From contig ML992512.1 in the NCBI GenBank assembly GCA_010093995.1, positions 124,001-188,000 on the forward strand: a stretch of 64,000 bases of DNA, written 5' to 3'. Positions within the stretch are counted from its first letter, which is position 1. Each line of letters begins with the position of its first letter. Shown piece by piece: positions 13,072 through 25,544 of this stretch. The stretch comes from Elsinoe ampelina (lineage: Eukaryota). The translations under genes and the position numbers were made by a program. The notes under the pieces were generated by a model. That model was not told the origin of the DNA. It saw nothing but the letters and a program-made list of their open reading frames with translations, and searched no databases.

Positions 13072-13534
13072 TGTTATAAACCGTCTAAATATAGCCTACG
13101 CTAGTAGTCTAAGCTAAGCTAAGAACGAGGTAGTTCTACTTCTATAGTAGTATAGTACTAAGGTAAGAGTCGAAGAAGGTATATCTTATAGATAATAAAG
13201 TACAATTAGATAGTATTATAAAGGCTAGCCTTAGTAATACTAGTGTTTACTATCTAGACAAGGTTAACTATAGTACTTTTATAAGGTAAGGACTATTCCT
13301 ATATACTTATATTCTCTATTATATACTCTATATACTCTATATACTTCGTAGCGAAAGCCGAGGGTAGTATAGAGTATATGTCTACTAGTAACCTATACGC
13401 TCTATAGTCTCTAGAGTAGAGCTACTAGAGAAGATAGAGAACCGGGTAAACGTTAGGCTAGGTTACGTAATAACCTTAGTAGTTTAATTAGTTCTAACGT
13501 CCCTACGCTCTAGCTATTCTACTAGTTCGTAACA
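13072..13534 (-). repeat. 5' LTR of gypsy element C (463 bp)
   Basis: Direct repeat of 6520-6982. Confidence 0.95.
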
Positions 13535-14299
13535 TATATAGAGTTATATTTCTTACTAGCGAGCTAGATAAGATATAGTATTACTACTACTACGTAGATA
13601 GCCTAGAGAGCTATATATAGAAGCAATTTCGCTAGTTCGTGTAGAACGTAGTTAATAACTCTATTAACTATAGAGTATATATAACTCTTATATATAAGAG
13701 TACCTAACAATATAAGGGCTAATCTATCTAGGTCTTTACTTTAGAACTTGCTACCTTAGAGAAGTAACTAGCTCTCTACTTAGAAGAATAAAGAGTATAC
13801 TATCTCCTTACTAAGTTATAGCCTACACTACGTACTACTATTATTAAGCACTATACTATTCCGGCTACTTACTAAGAATTAGTATCTCTTAGCTCTTATA
13901 TTAAATTATTAAACTATATAAGCTATAAGTGTTCTACCTACGAAGAGAACTTAGACCTACTACGTAAGTATAGGACTTAAGGCAGCTCTCGAGGAGGAAA
14001 CTACTACTAGTCTAGTAGTAGCTCTTAAGCTCGTTGTAAGTAGAAGGCTACTAACCTATCTACTAAATAGTTTAGTAGGTAAGGGGGCACCTCTAAGGTA
14101 TAGAAGAAGAACGCTAAGTATTATAGCTATAGTAGAACTAGCTATATTAAGCCGGAGTATAGATCGAAGTACTTATAGAAAGATAAGGAGTTATAGGCGG
14201 TATATAAGGTAGCTACTATAGACAAGGTTAATAACTCTAAGCTAGTAAACTCTAAGGGCTTAGCTAATAAGCGTAACTAAGCCCTACTTCCCTTTTAAT

Positions 14300-17200
14300 T
14301 AACACTTACCTATTACTGCTCTATTATAGCGCTATTATAGCGCCTATAGGCTGTAAAGACTATATGTTCCTTATAGATAATTATATAGAAGTTAATCTTA
14401 TATCTTAGGTATTTACTCTTTGCTATAATCTACTAAGGATTAAGTATACTTAGTACTTAAGTATATCTTTCTTTATAGAGTAAGCTAGATTCTACTATAG
14501 CGTATACTATCTTCGTATATATCTAGTAGACTTCTATAGTAACCTTAGGGAGACAATTAGCCTCTTCTACGCTATAGACTTAGAACTAGGCCCTCTAGTT
14601 ATTTTAGAGCGCCTATAGTAGAGAAGACAATATATAATTATAAATAGCACTACGAATAACTAGTTATATAGCTACTTCTTATATATAGTTTACTTATATA
14701 AACTAGAAGACTTTATAAAAGACCTTAAGAATAAGCCGAGAGTATATACTATAGTATAGACTCTACTTAAGGAAAGCACTTACGCTATAGACGACCTAGC
14801 TCTACTACTAGAGTTCGTAGAGTTCTCTAATATCTTTACCTATAAGAATATTACTAATCTACTACACTCTCTAGGCGCTAAGTATGTAATTAAGCTAGAG
14901 CTAGGTAAGAGGCCTCTATTCTAGCTCTTATATAACCTCTCGGTTAAGGAGCTTAAAGTACTTAAGGACTATCTCGAGACTACTTAATTAAATAGGTAAA
15001 TTAGGTATTCTATAAGTAAGGTAAGTACTTCTATCTTATTTGTGCCTAAGAAGAATAGTAGCTTATACTTATATATAGATTATTAGGGCTTAAACGAGGT
15101 AACTATTAAAAATCGCTACTTGCTTCTACTTATTAGTAAGATGCTTAATTAGCTTAGGTAAGCCTAGTAGTTCTCGAAGTTAAATCTTAAGGATGTCTAC
15201 TATAGGATCTCTATTAAGTATAGCGACGAGTAGAAGACTATATTCTATACGTGCTATAGCTATTTTAAGTATTTAGTTATACTCTTTAGGTTAACTAATG
15301 CACTAGCTACCTTCTAAGCATATATTAATAGAGCGCTAGGTAGGCTAGTTAATACTATCTATATTATCTATCTTAATAATATTCTTATCTATAGTAACTC
15401 GAGAGAGAACTATATATATTATATATATAAGATTCTAGTAAGGCTATAGAAGTTTACTTTATATACTAACCTTAAGAAATATAAATTCTTTACTAAGGAG
15501 ATAGAATTTCTTAGCTATATTATCTCTACTATAGACGTCTTAATAGATCTAAGTAGAGTAACTATAATTAAGAATTAGCTAAGGCTAAAGAGTTATTATA
15601 AAGTCTAGTAGTTTACTAGCTTTACAAATTTCTACTACTACTTCGTATAGTATTACTCTAAGATTATTACTTCTCTCTCTAGTCTTCTAAAAGGCTCTAT
15701 TAAGAGTCGGAAGTATAGCTCTTTCGTGTAGAGCATAAGTAAGTAGTAGACGTTTAAGGACATTAGAGATACTTTTATAAGGGTCTCTATTCTTTACTAC
15801 TATAATCCTACGCTACTTCTATATATTAAAAGTAATATATTAAAATTTATAGTAGTAGCTATACTATTATAGCTATTTAATAGTGCTTAGTACTCTATTA
15901 CCTTCTAGTTAAGAAAGATAATTCCTGCCGAATATAACTATAAGATATATAATTAAGAGCTATTAGTAATTATATATTTATTTAAGTAATAGTAATACTA
16001 CCTTAAGAGTGCCTTATATACAATCTAAGTGCTTACTAACTATAATAACCTTCGAGGATTTATAAAGCTAAAATAGCTAAATAGCTAATAAGCTTACTAG
16101 GCAACCTTTCTTGCCGCTTTTAACTTTATAATAGAGTATTAGCTAGGCACGAGGAACCTAGCTAATATACCTTCGAGGCGCCCTAACTACGTAGCGAAAA
16201 AGTAAAAGGTATTATATCTCCTTTTTACTCTTTAAAACAAGCTTTATATATAGGACTAGACTACTAACGTTAAGGAAGCTACTTCGCTTATTAGATATAT
16301 CTACGCTATATATAAGGCTACTCTAGAATAGGCCTAGGCTACCTATACGCCGTATAGTAGTAACTTCTCTTCTAAGAACTTCTAGAGACTTATAACGACC
16401 TAGTAAGTCGTAGTTATAGTAACTACGAGAGAGGATCCCTTTAAAGATCTATCTACTAACCTAATGTTAGTAGTAGAGCTACTATAAGAATAAGACCTCG
16501 AGATTATAAAGCTATATTCGTAAGCGAGAAGTAGTAGAGATAAGAGTAAGGCGCTATAGAACCTATAAGATAACCTCTTATTCTACTAGGACGTATTAGT
16601 TATTCTAAATAATAGTGCCTTAAGAGCGTAGGTACTACGTATATACTATAATAGCAAATAAGCTAGTTACTTTAGTAAAGATAAGACACTTTATCTCCTC
16701 TTATAGAAATACTTCTAGCTAACTATAAGAAAAGATATTAATAACTATATATAGTTATACTAAGTATACTAGAAATATAAGGCGCGCTACTATCGCCTCT
16801 ATAGCGAGCTATATATACTACTAATACTAGACTACCTATAGTAAGAAATTATAATAGATTTTATTACTAACCTACTACTAAGTAAGCAAGGTAGTAGTAT
16901 CTATAATATAGTACTAGTAATTATAGACTATTATACTAAGATATTACTATATGTCTCTACTACTAAGAAGTGTATATCTATAGAGCTAGTAGAGATCCTA
17001 TATAACTACGTTATTTACTATTATAGTGTTCTAAGAGGAATAGTAAGTAATTAAGAATCGGTCTTTACTAGCTAGTTCTAGAGTAAATTCTGTTACAAAA
17101 CGTATATAAAGTATAGGCTTAGTATAGCCTTTTACCTATAGATAGACAGTTAAACTAAGTAGTAAAACTAGACATTAGAATAGTACCTAAGGTGCTACTA

Positions 17201-17930
17201 CGTAGAGCTATAGAACAACTAGGCTAAATGTCTATTATAAGCAAAATTTGTAAGTAATAATAGTATTTATACTACGCTACGTATAAGCCCCTTCTAAATA
17301 ATATATAGCTACTATCTAGAGTTAGAGGTAATAGTTATTAAGTCTTAGGACAAGACTTTAGAGAGAAGAGTACTAGTAGTAGTAGAGTTAGTATAACACT
17401 TACGAGATATATATATAAAGCTAGTAGAGTAATAGAAAGAGACTTTTGCCTACTAGGCTAAGTACTATAATAGGAAGTATATACTAAGGGTATATAGCAT
17501 AGGTAACTTAGTGCTACTCTTAGCTAAGAACTTATAGCTACCTATACTAAAGAAGAAGATAGAACTATAATTCCTTAGCCTATTTTATATACTTAATATA
17601 ATTAGATCGTAGGTGTATTACCTAGCTTTACCGAGTTAGTATTATATCTATAATGTCTTTTATATATCTCTTCTTAAACTATAGATAGGTAGAGCTAGCA
17701 AGGAGCTAGAAGAGAATATACCTCTTACTAACGAAGTAGATAAGTAGATAGTAGAGAAGATTCTAGGTAGGAGAACTACGAAGAGTAAGGTATTCTACTT
17801 AGTAAAGTAGAAGGACTAGCCTATTAAGTTTAATAGCTAGAAACCTAAAGAGAATTATATAAATATAAGAGAGCTAATTACTATATATAAGTCGTAGCTA
17901 AGAGTAGCTAAGAAAGGTCGCTAAAGATGC
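14300..17930 (+). pseudogene. RIP-degenerate pol of element B (PR-RT-RH-INT-chromodomain); approximate bounds
   Basis: De-RIPed motifs [68 protein letters not shown] and chromodomain. Confidence 0.88.
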
Positions 17931-18137
17931 AAATTATAAAGCATATAAGTAGATAGATTATATAAACACATAAATAGAGTAAAGAGTAGACTCCTTGTCT
18001 AGGGAAATACATTTTAATAAAGCACTATACTTACACTACTATTATAGGTATTAACCTAAACTCTATACTCTATTATACTCTATATAAGGCCTTATTATAG
18101 GTATAGCACTAGGGATGCGTACCTAGCTTATATATGC

Positions 18138-18933
18138 CTACTTATTCTTATTACTATCCTCGTCTACCTCTATACTAAGATTCTCTCCTACGGGTGCTAT
18201 AGAGGCTATAAGCTACCTACCGGCTATAATATAGTTGATTTTAGTAGTAGAACTACCGGAGTTATATACTATCTAAACCTGTTAGCTATATTTATAACGC
18301 ATAAGAAGTATAGTCTAACTTACCTCCTTACCGACAGTAATTAAGCTATAAAGGCTATACCTAATCTTCTATAGCTTCTTAATCTTCTTACGCTCGAGCG
18401 TAACACTACTAAGTAAGCCGTCTATAGGCCCTATATAAGGAGTTAAGACCTTACTAACAATCTTATTCTTGTTAGTGTAGTATACCTTAAGTATAGTCTT
18501 AAACTTCTTAACCTTAGAGACGTTCTTATAGGCTATAGTACGTATATACTTCTTAGCTACGGTAATGCTAGCCTAGTCGGGGGCCTTAAGCTTAGTAACT
18601 ATATTAAAGGTATTAACGTATGTATTATATAGGATAGATAGGAGTAGCTTATATATATACTTACTATAGGTGTAGTATTTATACTTATAATAGAAGAAGA
18701 TACTAAAGTTACCTCCGGTATAGATATAACCTACTATAAATTAGTTATATCCCTTATAAGAGCTTTATTAGCTTACCTTTAGTAACGCTATTAGTGCACC
18801 TAGTATAGGTGTTAGTCTCCTCTTTAGAAAGTAAGAGAGTTATAGAGTCGGCGCTAGTAGTAATAGCTCCCTAGGCGCTAGTAGACCTTATACTATAAGT
18901 ATTAGCCGCGGGGGAGCTAGAGTTAAATAATAT
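18138..18933 (-). pseudogene. RIP-degenerate spliced antisense gene in the 3' region of element B: six-Cys cluster, helical region, acidic tail (~232 aa)
   Basis: Exons 18933-18777, 18730-18324 and ~18272-18138. The introns have GTAAGC/GTAAGT donors, CTAAT/CTAAC branch sites and YAG acceptors, and their phases join one frame. De-RIPed: ...ETDTCTRCANSVAKGHVCTGGDFGVFSRHKCEYCTHGKHACELLP...EVDEDGDEDE*. Confidence 0.65.
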
Positions 18934-19347
18934 AATATTTATAGGTAGTACACTTATATAGTAAGAGGTTAATAAAATATAGATGTGTTTTAGGTAGAAA
19001 AGGAGAATATAAGGGAGAATAATAAGATTATATAGACTAATCTCTAGTATACTATATCTTTGTTATAGCTACTAGTATAAGGCGCATGTCTCCTATAATA
19101 CTACTAGAAATTCTAAGAAAAGTAATATTATCGCTACCGATTAGCTTTAGCGCTATAGTAACTAAATAAACACTCCCTTAGGAACTAGATTCCTAGGACT
19201 ACTACTACTAGACATTATATAAGATATATATAAGGCCTTTATAAAAATGCCTTAACTACCTTATACCTATATTACCTCTAAATAACACTATATATTACAC
19301 ACTTCTAGTCGAGAGCTAAGGATAGCTCTCCTAGAGAAGAAGGCAAT

Positions 19348-19535
19348 TATAAGAGCTTAGTATTAGAGTAGCACTTAGTAGCGGCTAGTTCTACTTATAT
19401 AACGTACTTAAATATCCTATATAGCGCTTACGCCTAGAGGCTTAGTAGTAATTAGTTCTACTACTAACGGACTATTTAGTTAGATAGGCATTCTCTATAT
19501 TATAATATACGTAGCTTTAATATAAGGCTTTAATA
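19348..19535 (+). repeat. 3' LTR of gypsy element B (188 bp)
   Basis: Direct repeat of 5824-6011, followed by TSD CCTTA. Confidence 0.95.
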
Positions 19536-19540
19536 CCTTA

Positions 19541-19940
19541 AGCTAAATAGCTATATTAGATAGAGCAAATCTGTTCTTTAATACTCTAAGAATAGTCTAG
19601 AGATAAGAATCCTCCTCTAGTTAAATAACAGTAAGAACTTATAGTACAATTAATAACTAAATAAGACTTATAAGATCTACTAAGGCCTTAAGCTATTTAT
19701 TATACTATACTTGTTTCTCCTTATATATCTAGAAGAGTACTAAGAAGTTAGTATTTACTACCTCTAGCCTTTAAGGCTTAGAGAGCCCTTCTAGTTTAAT
19801 AGTCTTCTAGGGATTAATAAGGTTCTATATCTTAGTATTTAATGCTCTTATCTTAATAATGTATAGCTAGCTAGCCTATTTAGCTAATATAGTAAGAATA
19901 ATAGGTATTCTAGCTATTAAGGTATTAGTATCTATAGTTG
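19541..19940 (-). pseudogene. N-terminal gag fragment of copia element A
   Basis: De-RIPed rc: M.....ARIPVILTTSAEWASWLHVIKTRALNAKIWNLVDP, resembling fungal copia Gag N-termini. It joins 5823 once B is removed. Confidence 0.7.
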
Positions 19941-20390
19941 TTTATCTCTTTATTAATACCTAAATCCTGTAGTTATAGTTAAGGCAGTTCTAGAGTAGTT
20001 TTTAGGTTAGGTTAGGTACTAGAATTGCTACCTATAACCTAACCTATAGCGATACTAGTACCTAAAGCTTAGTAACTATAACTCTCTAAGCCTTAGGTAG
20101 TGTTACTTGCCTTAGGTATATAGTTAGTTATAGTGTTACTTATAACACTACCTAATAGTACCTATAGGTGCCTAAGAGTTAAGGAGTAGATATATATCTT
20201 AAGAACTTAAGATTTAGAAATTAAAATTTAAAAGTTAAAGGTTATAATTACGTTTATTAATTACGCTAATCTTGCTAGCACCTCCTATTTACTCTTATAG
20301 CTTACACCTTACTTACTTATCTACCTTTATAGAATAATTGTCCTTGCTATAAACTATCTAATTGTCTTAGTTATATATATTAAACTTTAT

Positions 20391-21152
20391 ATAATAGCGA
20401 CAAGCAAGCTATAAATCTTTCTAGTTAATAGTAACTTACTTAGTATAAATACAATTAAGGTTTATGTCTAAGAATATTAGTATCTATAATAGTATTTAAT
20501 TTAAATAATAGATACCTTCTATATATCTAATAATAAATACCTCTATTACTTCCTAAAGTGCTTTAAGAGCTTTAGATTAGATATAAAAGCTTTTATCTTA
20601 ACGAATATAGTCTCTAATAATCTTATAGATAAGGTAGCTAAAGGGAAGCTTATAGTAGAGAAGTTTAGTTAACTTCTAGTAGTAATAAATCTCTCGGAGA
20701 GTAATAGCTATATAGTATTAGTAATGTAACGTAATAATTAATTATAATAATTATACTACTAGCCCTAAACTTATTCTTCTTTCTAGAAGTAATAGTTATC
20801 TTATAAAGTTACTTAGTAGTAGAAGCCTTAGATCTACTAGACAACTTACTTATATAACTATAACTATAAGTTAGTCCTATAGTACCTCTCTTAGGAGGTA
20901 TAGTTGCTATTACTACTAAGGATAGAGTCTTAGGAGGTGCTTATAATATAAAATAATCTTATAGTAGTAAGGGTAAGGTAGTAGGGGGCGTAGAAAGTAA
21001 TAAGGTAGATATAGTAGTAGTATAAAGAAAGATAAGTAAAAAGAGAAGAGGTAAAAGAAGTAGAAGAAGAGAAATATATAATAAAAAGAGAAATATATAA
21101 TAATTTAGTAGCTAGTAATAGCATAGCTAACAATAGGAATATAATATTATAA
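20391..21152 (+). pseudogene. Putative RIP-degenerate accessory gene 1 inside hAT element E (unknown function)
   Basis: Stop-poor reading-frame segments separated by GT..AG-like stretches, with a C-terminal basic patch (KKRRGKRS). The structure is tentative. Confidence 0.35.
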
Positions 21153-21539
21153 TAGGAATATAAAATTAGTAAATTAGAAATATATAGTATATAAAATACT
21201 TACTTATTATAATATTATTTATAATAGTAAGATATATAATATTAGATTTGTTTAAACGCTTAGAAGAAGAGGAATCTAGATATTATAGAGTACTAACAAT
21301 AAGTACGTAATAATCTAGCGTAATAATATAATACTAATTTAGTATACTATAATTCTTAAAAACTTTATATTTTATATTTTATATTCTACCCTAGCTATCT
21401 TATTATTACTTTGTATATAGTAGAAAGCTATATTACTCTCCTCTATTCTTCTTCTTCTTCTATTAACTTTCTTTCTTCTTATCTCTATTACCCTTTTGTT
21501 TCTATACTTTTAAGTTTAACTTTTATATCTTATTTTACT

Positions 21540-22847
21540 ATAGTAACCTCTCTAGATACTTCTATAGCTAATATACCTTCTAATACCTCTCCTAGTAGCT
21601 CTCCTAAGATTAAGAATAAGTTTAATAAGTTTAAAACTATAATAGAGATAATTATTATAGTGTTTTATTACAAATATTAAGCTAATAGGTATAGGGCTTT
21701 AGATCTAAGTAGGCTAAAATCAAATACTAGATCCTTTAGCATAGTTAAGGTAGTAAGGCATATCATAGTTATCTAACTAGTTTTAAAGCAGGTTTAAGTA
21801 AGCCTTTAAAGTAGAATATTTAGAATATTATATACTAAGATAAAGATACTTAATAGTTAGCTAAGGTTAAGGCACTTAAAGTAGCTAGAGATACTAATTA
21901 TAGCATAAAGAGAAATTTGCTTAAGAAGTTTAATATAAATACTTAAGTCTAGAACCTTAGTAAAGAAGTAAAGGTAAAACTTCTTATAGAAAAGATTAAA
22001 GAAATAAAGTAGCACTATTTCGACGCCTAGTAAAGCTATATAATTATACTACTATATTATTACGTTTAACACTAATAGATTATAGATAAATAGCTATCTA
22101 GCAAGTTTAAAAAAGTCTATATTAAATAGTAGCGTATTAGAAAATTTACTATATATTAAAAGTATATAGAAGTCCTTATAAAGGTAAAGGTAGCTTATAC
22201 TACTAAGTCTAGTAAGGAGGATAATATATTAAGAGTAGCTAAGTAGATATATAGTTCTAGCAGAATTCTCGAGAAGCTTAAGTATAAGATCTATATAGCT
22301 AGCACTACTAAGCTTACTATTAATTAAGGTACTAATAAGAATACTAAGAAGAAGTACTTAAAGTTTATCTAGAAACTTAGTAAGGAGGGCAGGCTTACTA
22401 CTATCTCTAATCCTAACTAGTAGTAAGTTTCCTATTATTATTATATATTATTATTACATTAGTATACTAATAAATAGTAGAGCTTATAATTCTATACCTC
22501 CGGCTAAGTATTAACTACTCGAGCTAATCTATCTTATAAATAAAGGTAAATATATAAAGCCTAACAACAATAACAAGTATAAAGAAGTATATAAGCTAGA
22601 CTATAACTCTAAGATTAAGAAACTAGCTAATAAGTATAAGATAGACAAGTAGTATATAGAGTTTAAGGGGTTTTCCTCTAATAAGAATAAGATTATTAAT
22701 AAGGAAGAAAGAGTTAAAGTAGAGAGTTCTTTAGAGAGTAGAGATAAAGAGAAGAATAATAATAAAGATAATAATAAGAATAATAATAAGGAAGGGAATA
22801 AAGAAATAGTCAATGCTAAGGAAGATAAATTTACTAGCTTTAACTAG
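21540..22847 (+). pseudogene. Putative RIP-degenerate multi-exon accessory gene 2 inside hAT element E (helical, Lys/Glu/Ala-rich, acidic tail)
   Basis: De-RIPed start MATSPDTSVADMPSDASPGSSPEIEDEFDEFE, an intron-like GTAAGG..CTAAC..CAG at ~21753-21791, and a tail gag aag aat aat aat aaa gat... read as EEDDDEDDDEDDDEEGDEEMVDAEEDEFAGFD*. Confidence 0.5.
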
Positions 22848-24964
22848 TGGATTTTCTATACTATAATTAACTACTAAGTAGTTTAATCTATAGTATAGTC
22901 TAGCCCTTTTATAGATTTAAGTTTTATAATAAGATCTTTTCCTATATAGCTACTATTATTATTTATACTTCTAATTATTACCTCTAATAATAGTAAATTA
23001 TCTATATTATTACTTCTAATAATAGATTTCTATTACTATTATTACTATAAATAATAGAAGGTACTAGATATATATACTATCTCGTTCCTATTTATTCTTC
23101 TTTCTAAAACCTCTCTTTCTTATTATTATAGCTTCTTACATATAACTCTATCTCGACCTAGAAAATTTAATTCTCTACTAGCCTTATACTATAACTCGTA
23201 GTAACTACGCTAGGCTACTATACTTACGTTAGTATAAAGCTTATATCTGCCGTATAACTAAGTAATTTATTAATAGTAAGGAAAGGTAGACTACTTATAT
23301 CTATAATAATAATAGAGGCTCTAAACTTCGCTATAAGGCCTATTACTCTTATAATACCTCTTATAACTTTGTTAGTATTCCTAATCTAATACTACTATAT
23401 TCTCTAATAAGTATTAGTATAATAGCTCCTAGACTAATAATATTTTTAACCTTATTAACATATAGTATATACTTAATTATTACTATCTTAATCTTATCTA
23501 GGATTAGATTATAATCTTTAATATATACTATAGCGTTAAACGCTAGTAGAACGAGCTAGATAATTCTAAATCCTAAGGATCTTAATAGTTCTAATTCTTC
23601 TAGTAACTAGTTTAGTAGTATAATGTAAATAAAGCGTTAGCGGGCTAATAGCTTTAGTAGGTTTTTTATAACATAGATATACCTTTAATTTTAAAAATTT
23701 TTTACTCTACTCTAATATAGATATGCCTTTAATTTTAATTATGTTACTTATTCCTTAGCCTCTATATAATATAAGTCTAGCCTATAGAAATTAATATACC
23801 TCTTACTTTAAAGTTTCTATAGTATAGTATAAGATTTATTATTATATATTATAAACACGTTAATAAATATTCTATAATAAGTTATCTACCTTTATTAAAT
23901 AATATAATCTATACTAATTAATATATCTAAAGCTTCTAACTTTAAGTTAGTACTTAACCTATAACTTAGAGATACTATATATTTCTCTCTAGCTATTCTA
24001 GTAGAATTATATAGCTTTATAATCTCTACTTAGAATGTTAAACATAATAGTAAAATATAACAATTATAACTCCTTAAATGCCTACCTTTTTAACCTAGTA
24101 AGAGATCTAAGAATTAACCTCTATAACAAGCCTAGAAAGACTAGTAGAGTTAAATAATTATAGTATCTATATATAGAGAAGGTACGAAAAATGTACTAAA
24201 TTAGAATTCTAAAGCACGTTCTAGAGGTCTATAGGCAAATATTATAGAAGCTACTAAGATTTATAATAGAGAACTATAAGTTATTTATAACAGGTGTAGT
24301 AATATACTTACTTATCCTACTTACTATCGTATTAGTAATAAAGCAATAGAGAGACATCTTAAGTCCTAGAAATATACTATAGTTATTAAGTACTACTACG
24401 AGTAAAGCTCTACTTAAAAAGCTCTTAAGTAATTATAATAGCATATAAAAAGCATTTACTAAATTGTCTCTCTATTCTCTACTAATACTTTCTACTATAA
24501 GCTTGTTTATATAGTTACTAACTATAACTAGTCTTTCTATATAGTTAAGTATTCTACCTTTAGCTAATTCCTCTACTTTCTCTAACCTAATATTACTATA
24601 CCTAGCCGAACTCTTTTTTAAGTAATACTAGTAGTATAATTCGAGAGGTTATAAAAATTGCTACTCTCTAACCTTAGTAAGAACACTAAGCTTTTAATAG
24701 TGTTAGATAGATAGTTTACTAATAACTACTTAGAGTTTATTATAATTAAAGACTATTTTATTAATAACTAATAGTAATTATAAGAGTAGCTCCTAGAAAT
24801 AATACTTCTTTAAGGTTGCTACACTAGTAAAGCTATAGCAAATAAGGTAATATAGGTACTAAAAGATATATCGGTTAAGCAATAACTACTTATAGTTATA
24901 GTAGATAATATATTAAATAATAGAACACTCCGAGAGTCTCTCGAAAGAAGCCTAGATATACTAG

Positions 24965-25428
24965 TATTACGAACTAGTAGAACAAGCTAGAGCGTAGAGA
25001 CGTTAGGACTAATTAAACTACTAAGGTTATTACGTGACCTAGCCCGACGTTTACCCGGTTCTCTATCTTCTCTAGTAGCTCTACTCTAGAGACTATAGAG
25101 CGCATAGGTTACTAGTAGACATATACTCTATACTGCCTCCGGCTTTTGCTACGGAGTATATAAAGTACATAGAGTATACAATAGAGAATATAAGTATATA
25201 GGAATAGTCTTTACCTTATATAAGTACTATAGTTAACCTCGTCTAGATAGTAAATACTAGTATTACTAAGGCTAGCCTTTATAATACTATCTAATTGTAC
25301 TTTATTATCTATAAGATATACCTTCTCTAACTCTTACCTTAGTACTATACTACTATAGAAGTAGAACTACCTTGTTCTTAGCTTAGCTTAGACTACTAAC
25401 GTAGGCTATGTTTAGACAGTTCGTAACA
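24965..25428 (+). repeat. 5' LTR of gypsy element D (464 bp)
   Basis: Direct repeat of 31522-31985 and inverted repeat of the C LTRs. Confidence 0.95.
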
Positions 25429-25544
25429 TTTTAACTACTCTTACTATAGTATAGCACGCTACGAGGTTAATAAGTAACTCTCGCTTTAAGTTACTATTAG
25501 TATCTTCGATCGCTAGTAAGCTAGGAAAGCTTACTATTAACGAT

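Larger units (their letters stand above)
6520..13534 (-). mobile_element. Element C: RIP-inactivated full-length Ty3/gypsy chromovirus inserted in gag of element B
   Basis: 463-bp LTRs at 6520-6982 and 13072-13534 (TGTTA...TAACA), with TSD TATAT at 6515-6519 and 13535-13539. Removing it restores B gag in frame (aag gtg cta tat aga gtt ata ttt ctt = KVLYGVMFL). It is the reverse complement of element D throughout. Confidence 0.95.
5824..19535 (+). mobile_element. Element B: RIP-inactivated Ty3/gypsy chromovirus inserted in the gag region of copia A
   Basis: 188-bp LTRs at 5824-6011 and 19348-19535, TSD CCTTA at 5819-5823 and 19536-19540, and a purine tract before the 3' LTR. De-RIPed motifs: Gag knuckle CYGCGRTGHIKPEC (~14120), RT [29 protein letters not shown] (~15231) and YLDDILIYS, integrase, chromodomain YLVKWKDWP.EFDSWEPEEN (~17796). 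Confidence 0.93.

Noticed and set aside
18600..18664. Third intron in the antisense gene of element B (GTAAGT-like donor)
   Set aside because: The segment reads through in frame without stops and supplies the sixth Cys, so it is better read as exon.
20001..20170. TTAGG repeats resembling an interstitial telomere
   Set aside because: Not TTAGGG arrays. They are mirrored at 33760-33910 and lie just inside the TIRs, so they are hAT subterminal repeats altered by RIP.
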